NCBI GenBank assembly: GCA_963804645.1
Contig: CAWDRG010000004.1
Location: forward strand, 132,940-196,939
Source of the DNA: an uncultured Bacillota bacterium
GTDB lineage: Bacteria > Sysuimicrobiota > Sysuimicrobiia > Sysuimicrobiales > Segetimicrobiaceae
Length of the DNA: 64,000 nucleotides
Reading direction: 5' to 3'
Below are positions 29,644 to 39,737 of this stretch, one piece after another (position 1 is the stretch's first letter; the number at the start of each line of letters is the position of its first letter). The notes beneath the pieces were generated by a model. The model saw only the letters and a program-made list of their open reading frames with translations. It made no database searches and had not been told where the DNA came from. The position numbers were made by a program, and so were the translations under genes.

Positions 29644-30662
29644 GTGCGCCCTCGGCCATGTCGAGGTCGTTAGTGGATCGGGTTGCACCCCTGTCCCGCG
29701 AACGGTTTGGGGACCTTCCGGTGGTCGCTCGCGCCGTGCTCTGCCTGTATGGCGCGCTCTATGTCCTCGCGACTTGTGTGGGCGGTACCCAAGGGCTCGC
29801 TGGCTGGGATCGTACCGCTCCTCGTCGTCCTGACGGCAGCGGGCCTGGAACGCGGGTGGTCCGATCCGGCGGGGCAGAAGGTGTTCATTGCCGGCTCCGG
29901 TGTTCGTATGGTCGTGACGCTGATCTGCCCGCCCGAGGCGTTGTTGGTCGGTGGCCTCGGCAGCGGGATCGGCTCTGGCCTCAGGCGCGGCTGGGCCTGG
30001 CCCACGGCCGCCAATGTGTCGATGTGGGCGCTCGGCACCGCGCTGGCCAGCGCGGTGCGTCTCTGGGTCCTCACGCATGCCGGGCCGGTCGGGTGGGTGG
30101 CGCTGACGATCTCGATCGTCACGGCCCTCGCCGTGTACAGCCTGGCCAACATCCTGTTGTGCTCCGTGCTCCGGGGCGCGCGCTACCGCCGGCCATTCCC
30201 GGGGAGTGGAGCAGGAATGTGCGGACACACTGGCCGACCAACTTGACGCACCTGCCGCTCGTCGCCGCGCTTGCGGCGCTGGCATTACAGGTTCAGAACC
30301 CGTGGCTCCGCATGGCGCTCCCGGCCGTGTATCTGCTGGTGATGTGGGCGCCACCGGATCCACGGACCGAGCGGCCATTCGGGACCTACTGGACTCGTCC
30401 GGCGGGTATTCATCGGCTGTGGGCGTCGACGGGCGCGAACGTGCTCGATGCGGCCGACACCTGCGACCACCTCCGCAAGGACCGCCGGCGCGGTGAGCCG
30501 TGGCCGGTCACGGCGCGCACGCTCGAAGCGCTCGCCGGTGACGGACTGGCGCCGGATGCCGTGCAGGCGCTGCTGCGGACGGTCCACGAGGCGCGAGAAG
30601 GTGTGACACCAACGGTTCTTACGGCTTCACCGGTGTCCGACGCCGCAAAGAAGCACTCTTAG
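29640..30662 (+). pseudogene. type B membrane protein, copy 2, with two compensating frameshifts
   Basis: Homology to copy 1 switches frame near 29772 (+1) and returns near 30205 (-1). Confidence 0.7.
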
Positions 30663-30780
30663 AGCAACCCGTCAAGAACTTCGTCCTTGTCCTACGTCTG
30701 TTCGGCACGAACCTCATACTGAACACAGTGAGCGCCAGAGTGTAGTTAATTTATCCAACTGGTCCGTGATGATGTGGATC

Positions 30781-31448
30781 CTACGAGGGGTTCTTGTCTC
30801 GCACCGCGTTTGCGACAGCCGCGAATTGTTCACTCCACGCGGTGAGCCGTTCGGGTGCTGCGGCCCGCGGCGGGTGCGCGCGTCTGGACGCGAGGCGATG
30901 TAACTGTAGTGGTCTATACTCATTCGCCGCCGCAATGGCGGGACGAGACGATGACCGAGAAGATGATTGAGAAGACGATCCGCCCTGCTTCCGACCGAGA
31001 CGACAATCCTGGGGTGTCCAAGTTGGAGTTCCCAGGCGAGCACAGGTGCCCAGATTTCTGCGAATCTGATGACGCTCAGAAACCGATCTCTTTTTCCAAG
31101 TCTCAACCCGGTCGGCCGACTTTATCACGTCGGTGATGTAGCAGCGCCACTCGCCCGGAGAATGTGCGGTCCCTGCCTTGAATCCGTGTTCAGTGAGCAT
31201 GCGCCGAAATAGTTTGTCGCCGGGGCTAACGCTCCACTGTTCCTCGGGCGTGAAGTTGAGCCCGCGCTCGACCTGCGTGAGACTCGGGTTTCGGCCACAA
31301 ACCACACGTCGGCGAATAGGTCCCCAAGGCATCCGAGCAACCACGGGTGCGCGTCGCGATGATCAAAGGCCTCTGGGTGAGCCCGAAAAGCGGCGTCAAT
31401 CCGAACCGACAGTTCACGCTTATCGCTATCGTGCTCCGAGTCACTCAC
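30781..31448 (-). pseudogene. uracil-DNA glycosylase-like protein, about three frameshifts
   Basis: Stitched frames give GDLFADVWFVAE/NPS, YITDVIK, EL...PRIVVSVG and IDHYSY, resembling UDG family 4/5 motifs; AGGAG RBS before GTG 31448. Confidence 0.55.
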
Positions 31449-31537
31449 TCGGGAACTCCTAAGTACCGTAGTTGATCGGCGCTCGACCCCTCGGGGACGC
31501 CAACAACGCGACTTGGTGCCGCTATCAACTTCCTGTT

Positions 31538-32710
31538 CTACAGGCTCACAACCCATTGTTTGTTCTCACCGCCCGCAACGGTGAGTTGGCCGGTGCTCTG
31601 TCGGCCTGCTCGTCCAGGTTGCTCCTCACAATGCGAATCGGTGTTCATTGGAGCCGCTGCCTCGCAATCGGATGAGGAACTAAAAGGTCCATCGATCAGC
31701 TGCCCCTCGCCAGGGAAATTTCCCGCTTTGAGCCACCAAACGCTCGGTTCGTTTGGTTCGCTAGCGGTGAAGTAGTATGGCTGTGGTCCAGTCTGCTGAC
31801 CAACGCTTTTCGGCAATCGCAACAACAGCATCCCATCCGCCGGCAGCCGAATTGGGCGCGCCACCGTTCCTTGCGTCGGATCCGTGCCAACGATGCGCCC
31901 TTCGACGAGGCTTCCCACGTCGATCGGCCCAGGGCATATGGTCAAGCTATTTCCACACGCATGGTAGTATACGGTCTGCACGGTCACATCAACCGGTTTG
32001 CCTGCACGGTTTACGATCATGAGGCAGGCATCGTTCGGATGCGGCTGGAGGCAGGTCGTGGGCCAGGGCGAGGTTCCGATGTCGTTGCCTGGCAACGCTG
32101 TCGGGGTGGGCGGTGTAGACGGCGCCGCGCTTGGGGACGTCGTTGATGCGGGTGGAACAGCGACAGCTGCGGGGGCTGGCGGAGCGCTAGTTTGTGTAGG
32201 CGCTGCCGCCTTCGACACTGGTCGCGTTAGCACAATTACGGTGACTTTGCCATCAGCGTTCGCCACGAATCCAAGCGATGCATCGCATTGAGGAAAGACA
32301 TACGTTCGGACAGTTCCAGTATAATTGCCGCCCCAAAATGGTGTAAACGGAGCAGTCCTTGTAGGCCCCCCGTAGATGGACTGAACGCGCGATAGACTGT
32401 CGCCGAGCTTCACACCCCTGTCGGTGATATATGGTTCCGCGTCCCCAAAGACTGCGACCATGTTGATGACATCACCGTTGAACGCTAACGCCATTCCATA
32501 GTTGAGATAGGCGACGGCTCCACCAACCAATGTGCTGGGAGGTCCCCACGCCTGCGTCAGAGCGGCAAGGCTGTAGGGCACCGGCAGCGGGCCCACGCCG
32601 GAGCAAGGGGCAATGGTAACGCTCGAGGGCGGAGGCGCGGCGCCCGGGGCGGATCGTGGAGCGATTGCGATTAGGGATACCATGACCACTGTTGCAAGCC
32701 ACACTTTCAT
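31538..32710 (-). CDS. secreted two-domain hypothetical protein with Pro/Thr-rich linker
   Basis: Signal peptide MKVWLATVVMVSLIAIA, TDRGVKLGDS...YG motif, PAST linker, Cys-containing C-terminal domain; GGAGGAG RBS. Confidence 0.7.
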   Translation of the reverse strand: MKVWLATVVMVSLIAIAPRSAPGAAPPPSSVTIAPCSGVGPLPVPYSLAALTQAWGPPSTLVGGAVAYLNYGMALAFNGDVINMVAVFGDAEPYITDRGVKLGDSLSRVQSIYGGPTRTAPFTPFWGGNYTGTVRTYVFPQCDASLGFVANADGKVTVIVLTRPVSKAAAPTQTSAPPAPAAVAVPPASTTSPSAAPSTPPTPTALPGNDIGTSPWPTTCLQPHPNDACLMIVNRAGKPVDVTVQTVYYHACGNSLTICPGPIDVGSLVEGRIVGTDPTQGTVARPIRLPADGMLLLRLPKSVGQQTGPQPYYFTASEPNEPSVWWLKAGNFPGEGQLIDGPFSSSSDCEAAAPMNTDSHCEEQPGRAGRQSTGQLTVAGGENKQWVVSL

Positions 32711-32727
32711 CGCGCACTCCTCCGACA

Positions 32728-32875
32728 GTAACAGCCTTCCCCACTTGCACGTCCACCTGTTTCCCCGCATGCGGGGACGACCCGTTCGTCGGTGGTCCGA
32801 TCGATCCGCGGAGCGCGTCATTTGTCCGAACAGCCTCGGACCTCGAACGTATGGGCAGGCCTTGAAGCTCACCTT
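32728..32875 (+). pseudogene. HIT-family hydrolase C-terminal remnant
   Basis: NSLPHLHVHLFPR histidine triad, then frameshifted DDPFVGGPIDP. Confidence 0.65.
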
Positions 32876-32919
32876 CGCCACACCTGGATCGTAGAAACGG
32901 GACCCTCTGTGCCCAAACC

Positions 32920-34088
32920 TCACCCGGGTGCGTTCCTCCGTTCGTCTAACAGATGTCCATATGCTTGTTGTCCGCGTGTTCGTCTGCGGCTAACTGAAGT
33001 CACTTGCTTTGGATCCCTGTCCGACCTTAGCGCCTTCAACGCGGCGTGACGCAGACCATCCTCGAGACGCTCGCGGTATTCCACTTCGACCACCAAGGTA
33101 GGCTTCACCCAATGCGGCGGCAGGTCGGTCCGCAGGTCGCCCCAATGGTCTCGTAACGTCGGGACCGACGCAAACGGGCAGGTCTTGGTACTGAGTCGCC
33201 TTCAGGTCTGCGAGAATTACTTTGCGCATCTCGACGGAGAGCCCGCTACCCACCAGCCCTGCATACACGAGGGTCCCTTTGCGGTCGTGCTGGCCGAGCA
33301 CCAACGAGCTCAGACGGTTCGGTGCCGACGACAGATAACCGGCGACGACAAACTCCTCGCGCGTTCGGAACGCCATCTTGCGCCAGTCCTTCGACCGTTT
33401 GCCAGTCCGGTACTTGCTGGCGAGGCGCTTGGCAACAACGCCCTCGAGCCCTTGCCGCCTGCACTCTTCAAGACGAACGTGCCCAGCGCGCCGGGAAACG
33501 GATCGGTGACACGCACGAAGTCACTGTTCAGCGCCGGCTTCAACGCTGCGAGCACGTCTTGTCGTTCCTTCAGCGAACGTTCTTTGAGATTATGCCCGTT
33601 CACATAGAGGCAGTCGAACACCACATAGGACACTTGGCCGGCACGCGGTGCTTCGTTCCGGAGCGGAGCCACTGTTGGAGGGCGGCAAAGTCCGGGAGAC
33701 CATCGGCGCCCACGGCAACGACTTCTCCATCGAGCACGAGTCGGAACGGTCAGAGACTTCAGCGAATCCGTGACCGGAGCGAACACGCCGGTGAAGTTCT
33801 GCAGGTTCCGAGACAGGAGGCGAATCCGATCGCGTTGGACATAGGCGAGGATTCGGACGCCATCCCACTTCGGTTCGTAGATCCATTCGGGGCTGTCGAA
33901 CGGCGTTTTCCCGGCTCAGCCAGCATTGGGCGGAAGGGCTGCGGGAACCGGGTCGGCCCCGGCTTGACGATGCCCAGATGTGCGAGGGCGCTCTTGACCG
34001 TGGCTGTCCATCGGATCCCGGGTACTTCCACGAACGCTGAACTATACGATGCGGCCGCAATTTCCTCCGGGCGCTTCCGGTACTGCAA
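32920..34088 (-). pseudogene. ATP-dependent DNA ligase (LigD ligase domain), multiple frameshifts
   Basis: PMLA, YEPKWDGVR, FDCLYVNG, EGVVAKR, EFVVAGY, YAGLVGSG and WVKPTLVVEVEY...LRH spread over several frames. Confidence 0.85.
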
Positions 34089-34146
34089 GGATCAGATCCT
34101 CGGCGTCCCGTCACCCGGATCGGTCCCATCCACCATGCCGCAGGCA

Positions 34147-36681
34147 TTACCGTCGGGACGACAAGGGGACCGTCGCCCTACACTCCGGAAATCCGGAACA
34201 TCCCGCGAACACGCCGCGCGATCCGAGTCTGATCATCAGAGGCCGGCCGCACATGCCGCACGGGAGGTCCGTCGTGATCCGATCAAACGCGTGGACCGGC
34301 CGCCGATACGGGCACGCGTGGTCGGCACACACGAGCGCCGGCCCATCCGGTGTCACGGCAAAATTGAGCCGATGCGAAGAGATGGGACACACTTCGACGG
34401 TCCCGATCGATTCGGGGGCCTGCTCACTTGGCCCGGGCACGGGGGCAAATTCCGACACGTCTTCCTCGAGCATGCGCGCGAGCTCGTGCGCCATCGCCGG
34501 CGCGATGAACCGGAGCGGCGCGGGGCGGGGCGTGCCCGGCGCGTGGTAGCCGCCGAGCCACAGCGCCCGCCCATCGATGGCGGCCATCGCCTGGTGGACA
34601 TCGCGGTATTCCCGGATCCGCATTCCCGCGGTGCGACACCGCTGGAGCGCGCGGGCGACCGATCCCGACCAGTGCGCCGCGTCCCGGCCGGCACCGGGTG
34701 TGACGAGCACCACCCGTACGTCTCGTCGGGCGGCCTGTTCCAGCGCGGTGAGCCATGCCTCCGGTAGGCGTGGGCGTGATGAGACTGATCTCCTTATGCG
34801 CGCCCGCGACATCGGCCAAGAAGTCGAGCGGTGCGCCTCCGGCCCGGCCCCGGCCGCGCGCGGTGAAGCGAGGAGGGCATCGATCAGCGGTCTCGACGCG
34901 ATCAGCTGCGCCTGGTGCTCGAACGCTGTGACGATCTGCGCCAGCACGGCACCTTGAGGGAGGGCGGTCGTCAGATGGGCGGCTTGTCCGATCAGCACGA
35001 GCTGTCGCTGCGCCCGCGTGAGCGCGACGTTGAGCAGTCGTTGCGCCTGCGCGTCGCGCCGGCCGCTCAACATCGGGGCGACCGGCGCCCCCGGGGCCTC
35101 GGCGGAGTCAAACAGCAGCACCGGCATCTCGCCGCCCTGCGATCGGTGCACGGTCGATACCCGCGCCGCGCCCTGGAGGCCGAAGTCGGCCAGCGCCGCG
35201 GCGATGAGGCGCGTCTGCGCGGTAAAGGGCGTCACCACACCGATCGCCGGGCGCCCCCGGTCCGAGGCGCCAATCATGCGCACGATGCCGGCGGCGACGA
35301 GGGCATGGTGGGGGGTGATCCGGCTTCCGCGCGACAGGCGCAGGCACCATGGGGACACATCGGACGTATCGACCAACACGAGCGGGCCGAGCCCGCCGTC
35401 GCGGTGGGTTCGAGGCCGATGGGTGGTCGGATGATCCCGCAGCAGCCCACCGTAGAACAGTCGATTCGGAATCGCCGAGATCTCCGGGGCCATCCGGTAT
35501 TGGACGTCCAGCAGCTGCACGCGCGCGTCTTGGGCCGCCCGCGCGACCTGCGCCAGGCCGAAGTACTCGTACAGGTTGCCCCCGAGCCATGTGCGGGCCC
35601 GGTCCGTCGTCGCGAGGCACACCGGAGCGAGCTGCTGAAAATCGCCGGCGACGACGCAGGACTCGGTACAGCGGGTCAGCGCCCAGAACGTCTGGACGAG
35701 GGGGGCCATGCTCCCTTCATCGAGGATGAGGGCGTCGAAGTGGACCTCGGGCAGGACCGACGACAGAAACGTCTGCGTCAGCGTCGTGCAGACGATGCGC
35801 GCGCGCGTGAGCAGGACGCGCTGCAGCTCGCGGATCGTTGCCGGGTCGGCGTGGCGTGGGAGAGCGTCGGTCACGCGTGTCAGCAGCACGCGGTCGTAGG
35901 CCTCGAGCGCCTCGTTACGGTGCACGCCGAACCGCAGGATCCGCCGTTCCTCGTAGAGCGTGCTCTGCCGAAGGACGGTGGCGATGCGCGCGGTCGCTTC
36001 GTCGATCGCGACGTTCGACGGGGCGACGACGAGCACCCGCTTCCCGCGCTTTGCGAACGTCTCCGCGATTCTCGCCACGGTCGCGGTCTTGCCCGTCCCC
36101 GGCGGGCCCCACACAAACGTGAGGGGCAGGGTCTGCGACAGCCGGATCGCAGCCACCTGGCTCGCATTCGGCGCACGCCCCCCGACGGTTTCAAGGACGG
36201 GCAGGTCAGGCACCCGGCCGGTCGTGACCGGCGGTTCCCGGAAGACGCGGTGCGCCATTCCCAGCCCGGGCGTACGCTGAACATCCAGCACGTTCTCGAG
36301 GCCCTGGCGCAGGGCGGCGGTGACAAACGCGAGGTTCGTCGCGAGGGTCGCCCGGGGAATCGAGGCGCCGAGATCCCCCGTCGTGCGGACCCAGATGATG
36401 AGCTCCGTGCCCTGGTGATGAAGAATGGAGCCGGGGTAGCGACCCGCACCGATCCGGAGCTCCACGGGCACGTCGTCCGCGGCCGCGATTGGGTGCTCGA
36501 GCGCGAACGAGTACGCCGCACCGTCCGCCCGGCGCCGCACGCGCCGACCGTCCAGGACCGTGACGGTCGCATCTCCCTTCCCGGTGCTGGCGGCGGCAAG
36601 CTCATCGTCGAGGGCGCCGAGGAACGCTCCGACCAGGGCGTCCGGGTCCATGACGGATGGTGAGCTGTGTGCCCCGGGCAT
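34147..36681 (-). CDS. superfamily 1 (Upf1/DNA2-like) helicase with PLD-like segment and C-terminal topoisomerase-type zinc ribbons
   Basis: WGPPGTGKT, APSNVAID, LDEGS, GDFQQLAP, QYRM, TVHRSQGGE and NVALTRA motifs; CPGMCG..GVFAGCSGFPEC at the C-terminus. Confidence 0.88.
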   Translation of the reverse strand: MPGAHSSPSVMDPDALVGAFLGALDDELAAASTGKGDATVTVLDGRRVRRRADGAAYSFALEHPIAAADDVPVELRIGAGRYPGSILHHQGTELIIWVRTTGDLGASIPRATLATNLAFVTAALRQGLENVLDVQRTPGLGMAHRVFREPPVTTGRVPDLPVLETVGGRAPNASQVAAIRLSQTLPLTFVWGPPGTGKTATVARIAETFAKRGKRVLVVAPSNVAIDEATARIATVLRQSTLYEERRILRFGVHRNEALEAYDRVLLTRVTDALPRHADPATIRELQRVLLTRARIVCTTLTQTFLSSVLPEVHFDALILDEGSMAPLVQTFWALTRCTESCVVAGDFQQLAPVCLATTDRARTWLGGNLYEYFGLAQVARAAQDARVQLLDVQYRMAPEISAIPNRLFYGGLLRDHPTTHRPRTHRDGGLGPLVLVDTSDVSPWCLRLSRGSRITPHHALVAAGIVRMIGASDRGRPAIGVVTPFTAQTRLIAAALADFGLQGAARVSTVHRSQGGEMPVLLFDSAEAPGAPVAPMLSGRRDAQAQRLLNVALTRAQRQLVLIGQAAHLTTALPQGAVLAQIVTAFEHQAQLIASRPLIDALLASPRAAGAGPEAHRSTSWPMSRARIRRSVSSRPRLPEAWLTALEQAARRDVRVVLVTPGAGRDAAHWSGSVARALQRCRTAGMRIREYRDVHQAMAAIDGRALWLGGYHAPGTPRPAPLRFIAPAMAHELARMLEEDVSEFAPVPGPSEQAPESIGTVEVCPISSHRLNFAVTPDGPALVCADHACPYRRPVHAFDRITTDLPCGMCGRPLMIRLGSRGVFAGCSGFPECRATVPLSSRR

Positions 36682-36844
36682 GACGACGAATGTACCGCCC
36701 CGTGTGCACGGTGGAGCGGCAACGGCTCGCCCGGGCCATCCGGTCGAGGGGCGCCGGCGAGGTGGGCGTGGGCCTGAGGTCCGAAACGGGATGTCCTCAG
36801 GTGACCCTGACGGGGCGTATTCGAGATACGAAGAGTATCACATC

Positions 36845-36920
36845 GGACGCGCACGAGGGCGATGACGTGGACGTACTCGTCGCCTCCGACCGGTCGGAGC
36901 GCGGCCGGTGCCTGCAGGCG
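36845..36920 (-). repeat. diverged duplicate of the dnaN 3' end (left piece; continues at 42509-42537)
   Basis: Matches 43500-43575; encodes PAALRPVGGDEYVHVIALVRV. Confidence 0.85.
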
Positions 36921-37131
36921 AGGAGTGCGCGCATCGCTGCATCGTGAACGCCCATTTCGGAGCATCGTGAACGCCTGTTTCGGTCGATCGTGAACGGTCG
37001 TTTCGGAGCATCGTGAACGGTCCGAACACGTGATCGGCATGCCGTCCTGGGCCGTAAAGCTGGGTCAGGGCGAGACGATCAAGGATCGACGGGACGCTGG
37101 GTAGCCGGCGCCGTTGCCCCCAGGAGGGGCG

Positions 37132-37762
37132 ATGGCGACGCAGCGGCTATCTATGCGACAGACACGGGAGATTCTTCGGCAGCGGCTGTTCCTGCAGCGG
37201 AGTTACCGGGAGATCAGCCACAGCCTTGGCGTGAGCCTGGGGGCGGCCGCGACCGCGGTACGTCGGGCGCAGGATGCGGGCCTGGATTGGCCGGCGGTCG
37301 AGGCGCTGAATGATGTCGAGCTGGAGGCGCGGATCTATCGGCGGGCCGCGCTGCCCCAGGGCGAGCGGCCGGCGCCCGATTGCGTCTACCTCCACACCGA
37401 GCTGCACAAACCCGGGCGTGACGCTCGAGCTGTTGCATCAGGAATACCTGGAGCAGCATCCCGACACGGGCTACCGCTACACGCAGTTTTGCGAGTTCTA
37501 TCGGCAGTGGCGCGAGCGCCGGCGCCTGACGATGCGGCAGATCCACCGCGCCGGCGAGAAACTCTTCGTCGACTATTCGGGCAAGAAGCCCGTCTACATC
37601 GAGCCGGCCACCGGGGAACGCATTGAGGTGGAATTGTTCGTCGCCGCGTGGGGCGCCTCCAACTACACGTATGCCGAAGCGACGCGCACGCAGCAAGGGC
37701 CGGACTGGGTCGCCAGCCATCAGCGCGCCTTCACGTTTTTTGGCGGCGTGCCCCGAAGCGGT
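37132..37762 (+). pseudogene. istA: IS21 transposase, 5' part (frameshifted, interrupted)
   Basis: MATQRLSMRQTREILR, GYRYTQFC, MRQIHRAGEKLFVDYSG and FFGGVP motifs. Confidence 0.92.
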
Positions 37763-39377
37763 TGTCTTTGAAAGTCAAACGGAAATTGCCTGACACTGGG
37801 ATCGCCAACTGAATCTCGAGGCGTTGCTCGGTGACAATCACGCGTTCGACGAGAAGGCGCAGGATGGTCTGTTTGGTATCAAAGTCCGCTTCCAGCAGGT
37901 GAGGCCGCAGCTGTTCGACGAGGGCGGCGGCACCATCGGCACGGGTGCGAGTCACTTCCGCCTCCAGGCGCGCCGTTTTCAGTTCCGCCAGTGCAAGCTC
38001 GGCTGAGCGGAGCGACTCCTCGACGACTTCAGTCCGTGTGCGAAAGACGGCAAGAGAGAGGGCACCGAGCTGATACGCATCGGTGAGGCGATCGCGCTGC
38101 CGGCACAGCTCCTTGACCCGTTGCTCAGCGTGCTGAAACTGCGGATCCTGTTCCGGCCGCGTCGTGGTCGTTCGCTCCACCCAGGCCGCGAGCTGCTGGT
38201 GTAGCTCGTCCGAGTTGAGCAGCAGATCGCGGACGGTGGTCCAGACGGCCTCGTTCACCCCCGCGACATGAAGGCGCCAGTTTTTACAGCGGTGACGTAA
38301 CCCACTGTTGATCGTCGTGATGCGTGCACAGCAGGTGTAATAGTGGTAGAGGTATTGACTGCCGTCGCGGCGGCGTCGGGGTTCATGGTGAGTTTCGCCG
38401 ACGTACGCGTGACCGCAGACGCCACATTTGAGGAGGCCTTTGAGAAGAAAGACGCCCTCCTGCTTCAGCCGTCGGCGCGCGAACCGCCGATTTTCCTGGA
38501 TGCGCTGCTGCACACGCGCGAAGAGTGGTTCGTCGATGATAGGCGGGACAGCCACCGCGATCCATTCCGCGGGAGGCCGCGGGATCAAGGTCATCTTTGC
38601 GATCTTCCGCCCTGAGCCATCGGGCCCGGATCGCTCGTTGCTACGGCTCCGGGTGCGATTGTAGTAGGCCTTGCCGATGTACCACTCGCATCGCAGCATG
38701 CGCAACACGGTCGTCCCTGTCCACGTGGGCTTGCCGCACTGAGGCCTCCACGGGGAGACGTTGAGACGTTGCAGCAGTTTGTACAGCGTCATCCCGTCTT
38801 CGGCGTACCACGCGAAGATCTGACGGACCGTCGTCGCTTCTTCTTCATGGATGCGGATACGCCCGTCCCCGCCATAGCGCTTCGGCGCATAGCGGTAGCC
38901 ATACGGAGGATGACTGTGGCCAAGCTCTCCCAGCCGGGCGCGATAGAGACGCCCGCGGCGACATCGCTCGAGAATCTTGGCCCGTTCGTATTCGGCGATC
39001 GCGCCTTGGATCTGCAACAACAGTTGATCATCTGGCGAATCGGTGATGGGGCGCTCGCAAAAGTGGACCGGCACGCCGACACGCGCGAGTTCCTCGATCA
39101 ACAGCACTTGGTACGCATACTTGCGCGCGAGCCGATCCGGACAGAGCACCACGAGGGCCTGAAACCGTCCTTCGCGTGCGTGATCGCGTAACTCGTCCAG
39201 AGATGGCCGATCGAGACGGCTGCCGCTGAAGCCTTCGTCGATATAGGTGAGCGCCGCCGTCGTGTGGTATCCGTGATCCTCTGCGTAGTGTCTAATGGCA
39301 GCCAACTGGCTCTGGATGGTCTGCTCCTGTTCTTGCAGTTCCGTCGACACCCGTGCATACAACGCGGTCATGGTCAT
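37731..39377 (-). CDS. large serine recombinase (resolvase + recombinase + zinc ribbon + coiled coil)
   Basis: YARVST, DEGFSGS.LDRP.L, DRLAR, PYGY, VPPIID and LLKGLLKCGVCG motifs. Confidence 0.95.
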   Translation of the reverse strand: MTMTALYARVSTELQEQEQTIQSQLAAIRHYAEDHGYHTTAALTYIDEGFSGSRLDRPSLDELRDHAREGRFQALVVLCPDRLARKYAYQVLLIEELARVGVPVHFCERPITDSPDDQLLLQIQGAIAEYERAKILERCRRGRLYRARLGELGHSHPPYGYRYAPKRYGGDGRIRIHEEEATTVRQIFAWYAEDGMTLYKLLQRLNVSPWRPQCGKPTWTGTTVLRMLRCEWYIGKAYYNRTRSRSNERSGPDGSGRKIAKMTLIPRPPAEWIAVAVPPIIDEPLFARVQQRIQENRRFARRRLKQEGVFLLKGLLKCGVCGHAYVGETHHEPRRRRDGSQYLYHYYTCCARITTINSGLRHRCKNWRLHVAGVNEAVWTTVRDLLLNSDELHQQLAAWVERTTTTRPEQDPQFQHAEQRVKELCRQRDRLTDAYQLGALSLAVFRTRTEVVEESLRSAELALAELKTARLEAEVTRTRADGAAALVEQLRPHLLEADFDTKQTILRLLVERVIVTEQRLEIQLAIPVSGNFRLTFKDNRFGARRQKT

Positions 39378-39737
39378 GGCGGCCTCCTCGGCGCGAGGCG
39401 ATCAGGTTCACCAGCACCTCATGCAAACGCGCGACGCGGACGTGCGCATCTGCGGTGCCAACGGGAACGACTTCCACGTGAAACGGCTCCGCCGCGGTGA
39501 CGCCCCAGGCTTGGCCTGCAGGATCGCGGTCGAGAAGGCCAAGCATGCCGAAACGCTCCACGCGCGTCAGAAGAAACCGCGCCACGCTGGTCTGGGGACG
39601 ATCGTGGCTCGGCAACAACATGTAACTCCGGACGGTCTCGTAGCGCTGTTGGGCAAGACCACCGAGCGCCGCGAATGGGACCGCGAGCGGCTCGGGAGGC
39701 AACTCGGGAGTCGGCGCGAGGGGCGCGGCGCTTCCAT
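39292..39737 (-). CDS. small accessory protein of the recombinase element; possible frameshift just after the start
   Basis: ORF between the HTH gene and the recombinase (AQQRYETVR...); the TGATG-coupled ATG is out of frame with the body. Confidence 0.5.

Noticed and set aside
36772..36801. Hairpin containing CTGAGG...GAAA as a hammerhead ribozyme
   Set aside because: The CUGANGA, GAAA and UH elements cannot be placed with three stems on one strand.
36941..37020. 23-bp-period repeats as a mini CRISPR array
   Set aside because: They recur inverted at 42440-42494 and flank istAB, so they are IS21 terminal repeats; spacers are too short and no cas genes are present.
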